Positions 24,836-37,232 of a DNA stretch of 64,000 nucleotides are shown piece by piece. The notes below the pieces were generated by a model. It had not been told where the DNA came from, did no database searches, and saw only the letters and a list, made by a program, of their open reading frames with translations. The position numbers were made by a program, and so were the translations under genes. Source of the stretch: Octopus vulgaris (Eukaryota); contig OX597841.1 of assembly GCA_951406725.2 (NCBI GenBank), forward strand, positions 14,694,001 to 14,758,000. Direction: 5' to 3'. Position 1 is the first letter of the stretch. Every line of letters begins with the position of its first letter.

Positions 24836-24921
24836 AAGTTCCTGTTGCGTTGATGTCAATGGACACAATTCCCAGTTGGTGACCCTCCAGAATGTGGACT
24901 GGCTCAAGCATGTTGTCCTTC
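24836..24921 (-). CDS. WDR61: WDR61 exon 4
   Basis: KDNMLEPVHILEGHQLGIVSIDINATGT; phase 2->1. Confidence 0.92.
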
Positions 24922-25140
24922 CTGCAAAATTAGCAGAAAAAAAAAACAATAATATTAGTAACAATATCAATTCTTTCTATGCGTGGCTGTGTGGTAAGAA
25001 ACTTGCTCTTCAACCTCATGGTTCTGGGTTCAGTCCCACTTTCAGTTTCCATCTACCAAATCCACTCTATAAGACACTTTGCCCAAGGTGCCACGCAGTG
25101 GGACTGAACCCAGAACCATGTGGTCGGGAAGCAAGCTTCT

Positions 25141-25950
25141 TATTTCTTTATTGCCCATAAATGGCTAAACATAGAGGAGACAAACAAGGACAGACAAACG
25201 GATTAAGTCGATTACATCGACCAGTGTGCAACTAGTACTTAATTTATCGACTCCGAAAGGATGAAAGGCAAAGTCAACCTCATTGGAATTTGAACTCAGA
25301 ACGTAACGGCAGATGAAATACTGCTAAGCACTTCGCCCGGCGTGCTAACAATTCTTATTTCTTTATTGACCACAAGTTGCTAAACACAGAGGGGACAAAG
25401 AAGGACAGACAAATGGATTAAGTCGATTACATCGACCTCAGTGCGTAACTGGTACTTATGTAATCAACCCCGAAAGGATGAAAGGCAAAGATGGCCTCGG
25501 CGGAATTTGAACTCAGAACGTAAAGACACACGAAATACCTATTTCTTTACTACCCACAAGGGGCTAAACACAGAGAAGACAAACAAGGACAGACAAACGG
25601 ATTATGTCAATTATATTGACCCCAGTGCGTAACTGGTACTTATTTAATCAACTCCGAAAGGATGAAAGGCAAAGTTGACCTCAGCGGAATTTGAACTCAG
25701 AACGTAACGGCAGACGAAATACCTATTTCTTTACTACCCACAAGGGGCTAAACACAGAGAGGACAAACAAGGACAGACAAACGGATTATGTCAATTATAT
25801 CAACCCAAGTGCGTAACTGGTACTTAATTTATCGACCCCGAAAGGATGAAAGGCAAAGTCGACCTTGGCGGAATTTGAACTCAGAACGTAACGGCAGACG
25901 AAATACCGTTAAGGATTTCGTCCGGCGTGCTACCGATTCTGCCAGCTTCT
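25141..25950 (-). mobile_element. Head-to-tail array of a tRNA-derived SINE body (~180-bp units); similar arrays at 18040-18685, 27480-28085, 47250-47640 and (+) 50460-50830
   Basis: Repeated ctatttctttactacccacaagggg...ggatgaaaggcaaagtcgacctcggcggaatttgaactcagaac unit; tRNA-like head only on the terminal copy. Confidence 0.8.
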
Positions 25951-26092
25951 TACCCCACAGCTACGGCTGTGCTTATTAGATAGGATTTTTCAAACATCGA
26001 ATGGTTATGGGGGTCCATCCGAACAAAATAGGAACCGCAGGGGTCCGTAGGAAAAAAAATGGTTGGGAACCACAGCTTTTCACCCAACTTAC

Positions 26093-26198
26093 CAACTCCA
26101 GATCTTGACAACATCATCGACACTCCCGGTTACTATGTTCTCGCTTCCATCGTTTTCGTTCCGGCCCCATGCACAGCTCCAGATACTGTCATCATGTG
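26093..26198 (-). CDS. WDR61: WDR61 exon 3
   Basis: [36 protein letters not shown] resembles WDR61 AHDDAIWSVAWG...VTGSLDDLVKVWKW. Confidence 0.93.
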
Positions 26199-26209
26199 CT
26201 GAAAGAGAC

Positions 26210-26511
26210 AGTAGTAGTAGTAGTAGTGGTGGTGGTGGTAAGGCAAATGTAGAGTAAAAGGGAAAGGGAAATGAGTAGCAGAGTAGGGCAGAGAAAGTGA
26301 GAAGGAAGGGGATGTGTTTGTAGAGAGTGGTGATGGTGGTGGTGGTGGTAGTAGTGGTGGTAGTAAGTAGTAGTGGTGATGGTGGTGGTGGTAGTAAGTA
26401 GTAGTGGTGATGGTGGTAGTAGTAGTAGTGGTGGTGGTGATAGTAAGTAGTAGTTGTGTTGGTGGTGTGGTAGTAGTAGTAGTGGTGGTAGTAGTGGTAG
26501 TGGTGGTGGTG

Positions 26512-26546
<35 letters not shown>

Positions 26547-27000
26547 GGTGATGGTGGTGGTAGTAGTAGTTGTGTTGGTGGTGGTGGTAGTAGTAGTAGT
26601 GGTGGTAGTAGTGGTAGTGGTGGTGGTAGTAGTGGTAGTGGTGGTAGTAGTAGTGGTGGTGGTAGTAGTAGTGGTGTGGTGGTGGTAGTAGTAGTAGTTG
26701 TGGTGGTGGTGGTGGTAGTGGTGGTGGTGGTAGTAAGTAGTAGTGGTGGTAGTAAGTAGTAGTGGTGATGGTGGTAGTAGTGGTGGTGGTGGTAGTAGTG
26801 GTGGTGGTGGTGGTGGTGGTAGTAGTAGTGGTGGTGGTGGTGGTGGTAGTAAGTAGTAGTGGTGGTAGTAAGTAGTAGTGGTGATGGTGGTAGTAGTGGT
26901 GGTGGTGGTGGTAGTAAGTAGTAGTGGTGGTGGTGGTAGTAGTAGTGGTGGTGGTTGTAGTAGTAGTGGTGGTGGTGGTGGTGGTGGCGGCAACACCAGC
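26210..27000. repeat. (GTA/GTG)n trinucleotide low-complexity tract
   Basis: Direct inspection; generates spurious poly-T/H/Y/P ORFs. Confidence 0.9.
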
Positions 27001-28422
27001 TGCGGTAGTAGTAGCAATAGTGATGGTGGTTGTACCAATAATATTAGAGACAAGACGAGTGGTGGTAGTTGCGGTAGTAGTAGTAGTAGTGATAGTCGTT
27101 GTACCATGGGCAATAGTAGTTTTGCAGCCACTAAGTTGTAGAAGTAGTACTAACAACAATAACGATAACAATATTGAAGCTAACGAGCAGGTGAGGCTGA
27201 AAGACTAAATTCACCTTCCTAATACGCACAGGTGTGGCCGTGGGGGCCCAAGAGCCTTGCTTCCTAACAACGTGACACCTTGGGCAAGTTTCTTCTGTTC
27301 CTGTCTCCGGTTGACCAATGCCTTGTGAGTGGATCTGATGTAGCATCGAAATCATTTAACGTCTGCTTTCCATGCTGGCATGGGTTGGACGGCTTGATAG
27401 GAACTTGCAAGGGCCAGGGGTTGTATAAGGTTCTGTTGTCTGCTTTGCTGTGGTTTCTGCAGCTGAATGCCCTTCTTCCTACCTATTTCTTAACTACCCA
27501 CAAAGGGGCTAAATACAGAGAGGACAAACAAGGACAGACAAAGGGATTAAGTCAATTACATCAACCCCAGTGCGCAACTGGTACTTATTTAATCAACCCC
27601 GAATGGATGAAAGGCAAAGTCGACTTCAGCAGAATTTGAACCCAGAACGTAGCGGCAGACGAAATACCTATTTCTTTACTACCCACAAGGGGCTAAACAC
27701 AGAACGGACAAACAAGGACAGACAAAGGGATTAAGTCGATTACATCAACCCCAGTGCGCAACTGGTATTTATTTAATCGAACCTGAAAGGATGAAAGGCA
27801 AAGTCGACCTCGGCGGAATTTGAACTCAGAACGTAAAGACAGACGAAATACCTATTTCTTTATTACCCACAAGGGGCTAAACACAGAGGGGACAAACAAG
27901 GACAGATATAGGTATTAAGTCGATTACATCGACCCCAGTGCGTAACTGGTACTTATTTAATCAACCCCGTATGGATGAAAGGCAAAGTCGACCTCGGTGT
28001 AATTTGAACTCAGAACGTGAAAACAGATGAAATACCGCTAAGCATTTCGCCCGGCGTGCTAACGTTTCTGCCAGCTCACCGCTTGCCCCTCTTAATACCA
28101 ACTACTTTATGGAGTCTACTGGGTGCTTTTCCGTTTACATGGTACCAGCGCCAAAGGAAACAGAAAAAAAGCCCGTCAGGCTTCTTTCTGTTTCCTTTGG
28201 TGCTGGTACCATGTAAACAAGACATTTGTACGACAGAGCCAGAGGTGGTTTCAGCTAGGTTGGCATCGAAAGGGTTAAACACACTTCTACATTTGGGTAG
28301 ATGCACATTAGAAGCAGTTGGAAGGGTGTGGATTGAAGGAAATTTAGGCTATTATTTCTAGCATATAGAGTGACCACATTGAGGTCTCCTTCTCTCATGT
28401 CTTCTGCTGATTATTTTTCTTC

Positions 28423-28652
28423 TTAACCCCTTTTGCTACCATATTTCTGTTGAGATTCTCTGTGTTTCTTTCAATTAATTTTAAATCTAACAAAGAATTT
28501 AGTAAAATAACTTCGTTATCGTTAAGCTAGTGTTAGGAACATAAATTGTGACTAAGGTTTGGTGGAAGATTTTAATTGAGAACTTATGAAAACAAGACAT
28601 TTGTACTCAGAGCCAGAAGTGGTTTCAGTTGGGTTGGTATTGAAATGGTTAA
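28423..28652. mobile_element. piggyBac-like MITE (TTAA-CCC...GG-TTAA); copies near 53405-53632 and 53775-54005
   Basis: ttaaccccttttgctacc ... ggtattgaaatggttaa termini with TTAA flanks. Confidence 0.6.
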
Positions 28653-30585
28653 AATACCATAAAAAAGCACCCAGCCTTTTATTTACAAGTGTCATCATCA
28701 TCATCATCATTGTTTAACATCTGCCTTCCATGCTAGCATGGGTTGGACGATTTGACTGAGGACTGGCGAACCAGACGGCCGCACCAGGCTCCAATCTTGA
28801 TCTTGCAGAGTTTCTACAGCTGGATGTCCTTCCTAATGCCAACCACTCCGAGGGTGGAGTGGGTGCTTTTTACGTGCCACTGGCACAGGGGCCAGTCAGG
28901 CAGTACTGGCAATGACCTCGCTCGAATCTTTTTACACATGCCACCGGCACAGGTGCCAGTAAGGCAAATGGTGTCCTTTTACGTGCGACCGGCACAGAAG
29001 CCAGTTGGCTGCTCTGGCAACGATCACGCTCGGATGGTACTCTTAGCACCCTACTAGCACGGGGCACAAGCGCCAGTAAGGCGACGCTGGTAATGATCAC
29101 ACTCAAATGGTGCCTTTTATGTGCCACTGGCACGGAAGCCGGTTACTGTATGTAAATTTCTTTCCATATTTATACAGGGCTATGCGACCTAGACTCTCTC
29201 TCTTTTACTCTTTTACTTGTTTCAGTCATTTGACTGCGGCCATGCTGGAGCACCGCCTTTAATCGAGCAACTCGATCCCGGGACTTATTCTTTTGTAAGC
29301 CCAGTACTTATTCTATCAGTCTCTTTTGTCGAACCGCTAAGTAACGGGGACATAAACACACCAGCATCGGTTGTCAAGCAATGCTAGGGGGACAAACACA
29401 CACACATAGATATATATATATATATACGACGGGCTTCTTTCAGTTTCAATCTACCAAATCCACTCACAAGGCTTTGGTCGGCCCGAGGCTATAGTAGAAG
29501 ACTCTTGCCCAAGGTGCCACGCAGTGGGACTGAACCTGGAACCATGTGGTTTGTAGGCAAGCTACTTAACACACAGCCACTCCTGCTTTTTTGGTTGAAA
29601 GAACACAAAGACCCTTGCAAATGAAAGGCTGGGTCCTTTTCCGTGAGCGTAAATTGATTTCTCCCAGTGCAGCAACATCACTGAGATAAGTGGTGAAGTT
29701 TAAGTACCTTGTCGCCGAGTTCATGAATGATGGGCAGCAGGAGACTGAACTGAATCCTGGAATTGCAGGTGCTTGGTTCGTTAACGTGTCAGGTCCAGCA
29801 TTCGATCTTCAGAACAGAAGATGCTTTAACTTCTTACTGTTCAGAATACTCTGTCAAATGTAATGTTTTCCCTTTATTCTTTTACTTGTTTGTCATTTGA
29901 TTGCAGCCATGCTGGAGCACTGCCATTTTAGTCAAACAAATCAATCCCGGGACTTATTCTTTGTCGGCCTAGTACTTATTCTATCGGTCTCTTTTACCGA
30001 ACCGCTAGGTTACAGAAACGTATACATACCAACATCGGTTGTCAAGCGATGGTGGAGGGACAAATACAGACACAAATATATAAAAGGCACCATTCGTGCG
30101 TGATCGTTACCAGCGTCGCCTTACTGGCACTTGTGCCAGTGGCATGTGTAAAAGATTCGAGCGAGGTCGTTGCCAGTACTGCTTGACTGGCCTCCAAGCT
30201 GGTGGTACGCAAAAGCACCCACTACACTCATGAAGTTGTTGGCATTAAGAAGGGCATCCAGCTATAGAAGCACTGCGAGATAAGACTGGAGCCTGGTGCA
30301 GCCTTCTGGCTTCCCAGACCCTGGTTGAACCGTCCAACCCATGCTAGCAAGGAAAACGGACGTTAAACGATGATGATGATGATGTCAAACTGTCCAATCC
30401 ATCCCAGCACGGAAAACAGATGAGGATGATGATACAAAACTGATGTTAGGTAGGTAGATTAACAAAAGGTATGTACACAGGTGTTTAATTAAAATATGAA
30501 CACTTTGAAACTGACATGATTTATATGAAGGGGTCACAGGTAACCGCAGAGGGGTGAGGAACCATAAAAGGGCTGAAGCACTTAC

Positions 30586-30613
30586 CTTGCTCATTTTTCA
30601 TAAGAGTTGAATA
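30586..30613 (-). CDS. WDR61: WDR61 exon 2 (28-nt microexon)
   Basis: ttctag|TATTCAACTCTTATGAAAAATGAGCAAG|gtaag = YSTLMKNEQ(A), resembling vertebrate YGILFKQEQA. Confidence 0.85.
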
Positions 30614-30763
30614 CTAGAAATTTGAAAAATGAAAAAAAAATATATATATAATATAAGTAGTAGTGTTAATAAGTATATATGCATACATACATATATATCT
30701 ATATACAATTAAGTTTGGCAGAGAGAGAGAGAGAGAGAGAGAGAGACATGATATTATAGCACT

Positions 30764-30816
<53 letters not shown>

Positions 30817-30997
30817 CGCAGGAGTGACTGTGTGGTAAGTAGCTTGCTAAACAACCACATGGTTCCGGGTTCAGTCCCACTGCGTGGCATCTTGGGCAAG
30901 TGTCTTCTGCTATAGCTCCGGGCCGACCAATGCCTTGTGAGTGGATTTCGTAGACGGAAACTGAAAGAAGCCTGTCGTATATATGTATATATGTATG

Positions 30998-31028
<31 letters not shown>

Positions 31029-31251
31029 TTGTGTGTCTGTGTTTGTCCCCCTAGCATTGCTTGACAACCGATGCTGGTGTGTTTACGTCCCCGTCACTTA
31101 GCGGTTCATCAAAACAGACCGATAGAATAAGTACTGGGCTTACAAAGAATAAGTCCCGGGGTCGATTTGCTCGACTAAAGGCGGTGCTCCAGCATGGCCA
31201 CAGTCAAATGAGTGAAACAAGTAAAAGAGTATATATGTGTGTGTGTGTATG

Positions 31252-31286
<35 letters not shown>

Positions 31287-32138
31287 GATGGGCTTCTTTC
31301 AGTTTCCATCTACCAAATGCACTCACAAGGCTTTAGTCAGCCTGAAGCTACAATAGAAGACACTTGCCAAAGGTGCCATGCAATGGGACTGAACCCGGAA
31401 CAATGTGGTTGGTAAGCAAGCTACTTACCACACAGCCACACCTGTTGCTTATATATATATAGATTAATCAGCCGAAATTGCGAGGATGATCTGGTTCTTG
31501 CCTGAGGATAGAAAGCTTTGAATGACCTGTCCTTGTTTTTTTGTATCGTCTATCTGGTCGTTTTGTTGTCCCTTTTTGTATCACCTAGTTGTCCGGATGT
31601 TTTGCGTTCTTGTCTCATTTTGTATTTTATATATATAGCAGCATACATACATTTTGTTCTCTTATATATATATACCCATATATATATATATGTGTGTATG
31701 TAGATAGATAGATGGATGGACAGAGAGATAGATATGTATGCATGGAACTTAATTGCATTTATCTGCAACACTACCTCAAAATCAGCTTGTCTTGGAATTC
31801 TCAAATATATTTATCTATCTGCTTGTCTCATATATATATATGACTACCAATGGTTTCATGCCAAGACTACCAATAGTTTCATGCCAAGAATCCTCAGCAA
31901 TTATCAAGCCTACCATATTGGGACGATGGTACTCATCTCCATCTTGGAGAATACCTCAACCAAGATAGATAGATACATACATACACAGACTGATAGATAT
32001 ACAACAAAAATCAAATAATAATAATAATAATAATAATAACATATAACAATAATAATAATAATAATAAAAAATTTCGAAAACAATTTCTAAAAAATTCTTT
32101 TTATTCATAAACTAACTTTGCTTTTATTGTGACACCAC

Positions 32139-32150
32139 CTCCGCCGCCAT
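32139..32150 (-). CDS. WDR61: WDR61 candidate first coding exon (MAAE)
   Basis: ATGGCGGCGGAG|GTGGTG; weak donor, but gives a 918-nt CDS = 305 aa, the usual WDR61 length. Confidence 0.5.
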
Positions 32151-32960
32151 CAGTTTATGGCACACAGATCCAGAAAGTCTTTAACGAAGTCATTTCATTA
32201 ATTGAAAAGATTTGTGTTGTTTGTTACATTTTTTTTAAAAACTTTTGGTTTATGTTTTTGTGAGGGAGCAGAGAATGCTGTGTTGGGGCCGCCCTGCGCC
32301 CTCTTATCATTTGGCATGAGTAAAAGTCACACTGTTTTGTACTATTAAATGCTAAATACACAGAAAAAGTAGAAAATCTAAAGAAAAAAAAAAAATAAAA
32401 TAATGGTTTCAAAATTTTGGCACAGGGCCTGCAATTTCAGGTGGAGGGGGCAAATCGGTTGACTTACATTGGCACCTCTCCACCCCCCGGTCTAGAAATG
32501 GTATTTTATCAACCCTGAAGGGATGAAAGGCAAAAAACGACCTTGGCAGAATTTGAACTCGGATAAGTTCGTTTAAATTTATAAGTACTTGAAACAAGAA
32601 CATAAGCGTTTGTGTGACAATATTTTTTTCATACATAAAGAATATATACATATGTACAAACATGTTTACACTCACACATATAAGCATGTTCATATATATA
32701 CACACACCCAAATGTGTACAGATACATGAACATATATATATATACAATAAATGGCTCAGCCCTAAAGTTGTGGCCATGCTGGGGTACCACCATGAAAATA
32801 CATAATTTCAACATTTATACGTGTATACATATATATATATATATATATACATATACATACATGTTTATATATACATACATACACACATACGGAGTAAACA
32901 CATAAACAAACAAGGTGGAAAAATATACTCAAATACCAGTGGTAGAGTAATATGCTTTAT

Positions 32961-33098
32961 ATTTAAGCAGCAGATAATTCAACATAAACCACACTCTGAG
33001 TTTCTCGTTGCCGTTCATCAGACAGTTCATCTAGCAAACTGTCTGATGAACGGCATACAAACTCAAGTAACATTTGTTGAATTTTCTGCTGCTTAAAT
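32961..33098. repeat. Imperfect palindrome containing two inverted minimal hammerhead-like motifs
   Basis: atttaagcagcaga...tgccgttcatcagacagtt / aactgtctgatgaacggca...tctgctgcttaaat. Confidence 0.75.
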
Positions 33099-33194
33099 AA
33101 TACATACACACATATGTATATGTACATATATATATACATACACACACACACAAACATCTGTGTATATATATATACATACATATACACATAAGTG

Positions 33195-33226
<32 letters not shown>

Positions 33227-33242
33227 TGCATGTGTATATGTC

Positions 33243-33280
<38 letters not shown>

Positions 33281-35239
33281 TATAATGAGAAAATGGAGAG
33301 GTGATTAATAAAATCATTAATTATAAAATATGACATCTCTGACAGCTGTTTCGATTCAGAAATCTTTAGATAATTAATTTCATAAATTAATTTCTAAAAT
33401 TAAAACCATAAGATTTCCATTTTCTCATTCGTTAAATATAAATATATGACCCATGGTTTATATGGTTACCTTAGAGTTGAACTTGCTAAAGATTGGTGAT
33501 TAACCAGTATTTTCATTGGATTTATGATCTCTTAATGAGGTTAATTACCTTTATTATATATATATATACATACACACACATAAGCATGTGTCCACTTATT
33601 TATAAAGACATATATAAACAAGCATATCTGCTATATATACATATATCTATATATGCATGTATGTATATATATATATATGCATGTATGTATATTTTGATGT
33701 AAAGCTATATACAAGGACGATGGAACATTAAGTTGAAGGATTTAATACATTTTAGGAGAATGCCCGTCCCTTAAACTTTTACAAGGAAACGGTTGATAGG
33801 GATTGGGAAGTGTGGGTCGAATTCCTTGCGTCTGACAAAGGCTAGCAAGTCGATACTTCGAAGTCACTGTCAACTTTTACCCTGTAAAAGTTTAATAAAT
33901 ATATACACTCACACACACATATATACACATACTTCCACTCCAATAAGCCTCTATGTATATATATATATATATATATATCACATACATATATATACATAAA
34001 TACTATATATATATACATATATATATACTATATATACATACATATATACACATACTATATATAAATATACATATATATAGTATATACACATATACATACT
34101 ATATATACATATGTATACACAGGATACATACATATACATATTATATACATATGTACACTATATATATACATACATATATACACATATTATATATACATTT
34201 TATATACACATTTGGACTCTGCCAACCCTTGCTGGCATAGAAAAATGTACATAAAACAGAACCAGCAAGCATGCTAACATAAAGATACACATTTTATCTT
34301 GTATTTACAGCAGCGTAGATCAGACAGGTTTAGAAATTTACAGAAAATATAGTACTCAATACACGGCATCCCCTTCACTAGCAAACTCTGTAAAGTACAA
34401 TGCTAAATTACTTGTACCAGCAGAAACTGTGTGTGATATTCACTTGAACCATTCATATAATCTCAATAATAATGGGGGAGTATCATAGCCATGTGTTGAG
34501 AGGGATTCTTTGGGGTTTGGATAATTCACCTCTGGAAACATGGGTGTTTCGTTCAACATCCTTAAACAGCCCTCATTCAGGGACCGTTTGAGTGGGATGG
34601 GTTACACGAACTGAGAAAATTCTAACTGGGTCCCTACCTGCAAGGTCATGTGCTGTTTATCTTGATATGAGATCACCATGTTGCGCACATATGGTTGTGA
34701 TGCATGTGCCTGGTGTACCCTTATCAGACGGGTAGTCATGATGGGTATATTGGGCTTCGTATATTTGTACCCCAGTGTCACTTTGATGGCATGCACTGCT
34801 CTCTCACTTAATAATAATAATAATTCTTTCTACTATAAGCACAAAGCCTGGAATTATTGAGGAGTGAGGGGAGTAAGTCGATTACATCAACCCCAGTGTG
34901 CAGCGGGTACTAATTTTATTGACTAATACCAAAAAAAAAGATTTGAAACAAAAAGGTGACTAACTGACTGCGGTAAAAATTGAACTCACGAACACTTTGT
35001 TTGACATGCTAACGATTCTGCCAGTTTGCCATCTTTATCGATAATAAAAATAATTCTTTGTACTATAGGTTTTAAAGCCTCAAATTTGGGGGAAGAGATT
35101 AAGTTAATTACATCGACCCCAGTGAGTAACTGGTACTTGATTTATCGACCCCTGAAAGTATGAAAGGCAAAGTCGACCTCAAAATAATTATATTTCTAAA
35201 TCCCTCAGAGAGATTTATACAGTAGCAGCACAATAAAGG

Positions 35240-35409
35240 GATGGTATATTGTCAACTTGATGTGAGAGTCCCACGAAAGGGAAGAATACTACTGTTATTC
35301 AGCCCTAGGAAACACCGGGTCCATCAGGAAGCAGTGTTACCTAGGGCTAAATAACAGTAGCATTCTTCCCTTTCATGGGACCGTCACATTAAGTTGACAA
35401 CATGCCATC
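35240..35409. mobile_element. Hairpin MITE
   Basis: gatggtatattgtcaactt...cctaggaaacac / gtgttacctagg...aagttgacaacatgccatc inverted arms. Confidence 0.7.
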
Positions 35410-35514
35410 ACTTCAAAGTCGACCTCGGCGGAATTTGAACTCAGAACATAGTGGTGGACGAAATACCACTAAGAATTTCGTCCAGTGTGCTAACGATTCT
35501 GCCAGCCAACCACC

Positions 35515-35552
<38 letters not shown>

Positions 35553-35769
35553 CCTTTCTGCTAAGGGCACAAAGCCCGAAATTGTATGGGGGAGACTAGT
35601 TGATTACATCGACCCCAGGATGCAACTGGTATTTAATTTATCGACCCCGAAAGGATGAAAGGCAAAGTCGACCTCGGTAGAATTTGAACATAGTGATGGA
35701 CGAAATACCACTAAGAATTTCGTCCAGTGTGCTAACGATGCTGCCAGCTTTCAACCTCAATGACAATAA

Positions 35770-36190
35770 TGCATTATTTACATTATTTACATTTGATGGA
35801 TATTTGTCCTCATCTTGTTTGTTGTTAACACAACGTTTCAGCTGATATACCCTCCAGCCTTCATCAGGTGTCTTGGGGGGAAATTTCGAACCTGGGTTCT
35901 CATTCTCATGCCTGGAATTGAACTCGGAACCTTGGGGGTTAGTAGCCCGTGCTCTCAACCACTACACCATACAAACAAGATGAGGACAAATATCCGTCAA
36001 ATATAAATAATGTACGTAACTCCTCATCTTGTTTCTATGGTGTAGTGGTTGTGAGCGCGGGCTACTAACCCCATAGTTCCGAGTTCAATTCCAGGCAGCG
36101 ACCTGAATAATAATAATAATATCAAAAAATACCTTAGGAATGAGAACCCAGGTTCGAAATTTCCCCAAATATCCGTCAAATATAAATAAT
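35770..36190. mobile_element. Inverted pair of tRNA-headed short retroelements; the minus copy carries a hammerhead motif
   Basis: GGTGTAGTGGTT...GAGTTCAATTCC head on minus (35970->) and plus (36038->); shared gaatgagaacccaggttcgaaatttcccc body. Confidence 0.7.
35826..35873 (-). ncRNA. Type I minimal hammerhead ribozyme motif (Penelope/retrozyme type)
   Basis: GACAC-CUGAUGA-aGGCUG(loop)CAGCU-GAAA-CGUU-GUGUU: stem I, intact core, stem II, palindromic ACGU stem III. Confidence 0.65.
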
Positions 36191-37171
36191 GGTTTTAATT
36201 TCTACCACAAGGGAATGAGCCAACTACATCGACCCCAGTGTTAAACTGGTACTTATTTTATCGACCCCGAAAGGACAAAAGGCAATGTCGACCTCAGTGG
36301 AATTTGAACTCAGAACACAAAGACAGACAAAATGCTGTTGAGCTTTTCGCCCAGCATGCTAACATTTCCACCTAACCAGTTGACCATGTCCCTTAGTGGC
36401 TGACGATATGTGCACCTCTGGTCACCAAAGGCATAGGAGTGGCTGTGTGGTAAGTAGCTTGCTTACCAACCACATGGTTCTGGGTTCAGTCCCACTGCAT
36501 GGCACCTTGGGCAAGTGTCTTCTACTATAGCCTAGGGCCGACCAAAAGCCTTGAGTGGATTTGGTAGATGGAAACTGAAAGAAGCCCGTCATATATATGT
36601 ATGTGTGTGTATATGTTTGTCCCCTGCAACATAGCTTGACAACCAATGGTGGTGTATTTACATCCCCACAGCTTAGCTGTTCGGCAAAAGATACCGATAG
36701 AATAAGTACTAGGCTTACAAAGAATAAGTCCTGGAGTCAATTTGCCCGACTAAAGGCTGTGCTCCAGCATGGCCACAATCAAATAACTGAAGCAAGAGAC
36801 ATCTTAAATAATAATAATAATGATGACAATTTTAGGGAGGGAGTAAGTTGATTACAATGAACTCTAGGGAACAATTGGCACTTTAATATAACTGTCCCCA
36901 AAACGATGAAGGCAAAGTCAACCTCGGCAGAATTTGAACTCAGAACGTAGAGATGAACACAAAGCATTCTGTCCAGCATGCTAATGATTCAGCCAGCTCA
37001 CCGCTTTTTTAATAATAATAATAATAATAATGGTTTCGAATTTTGGCACAAGGCCTGCAAGTTCAGGGGAGGTGGTACATTGATTACATCAACCCTAGTG
37101 TATAACTGGTACATATTTTATGAACCCCAAAAGGATGAAAGACAAAGTTGACATTGGTGGCATTTGAACTC

Positions 37172-37212
<41 letters not shown>

Positions 37213-37232
37213 GGATATTTTAAATTAATATT

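Noticed and set aside
26199-27171. 360-aa ORF with signal-peptide-like start and T/H/Y tracts
   Set aside because: Only the last 36 codons are a WDR61 exon; the rest is an intronic trinucleotide repeat.
30586-30594. ATGAGCAAG (MSK) as WDR61 start
   Set aside because: Wrong phase for exon 3; the 28-nt exon YSTLMKNEQ fits both frame and homology.
31490-31525. CTGAGGA-TA-GAAAGCTT as a hammerhead
   Set aside because: No convincing stem I or stem II in this copy; too weak to call.
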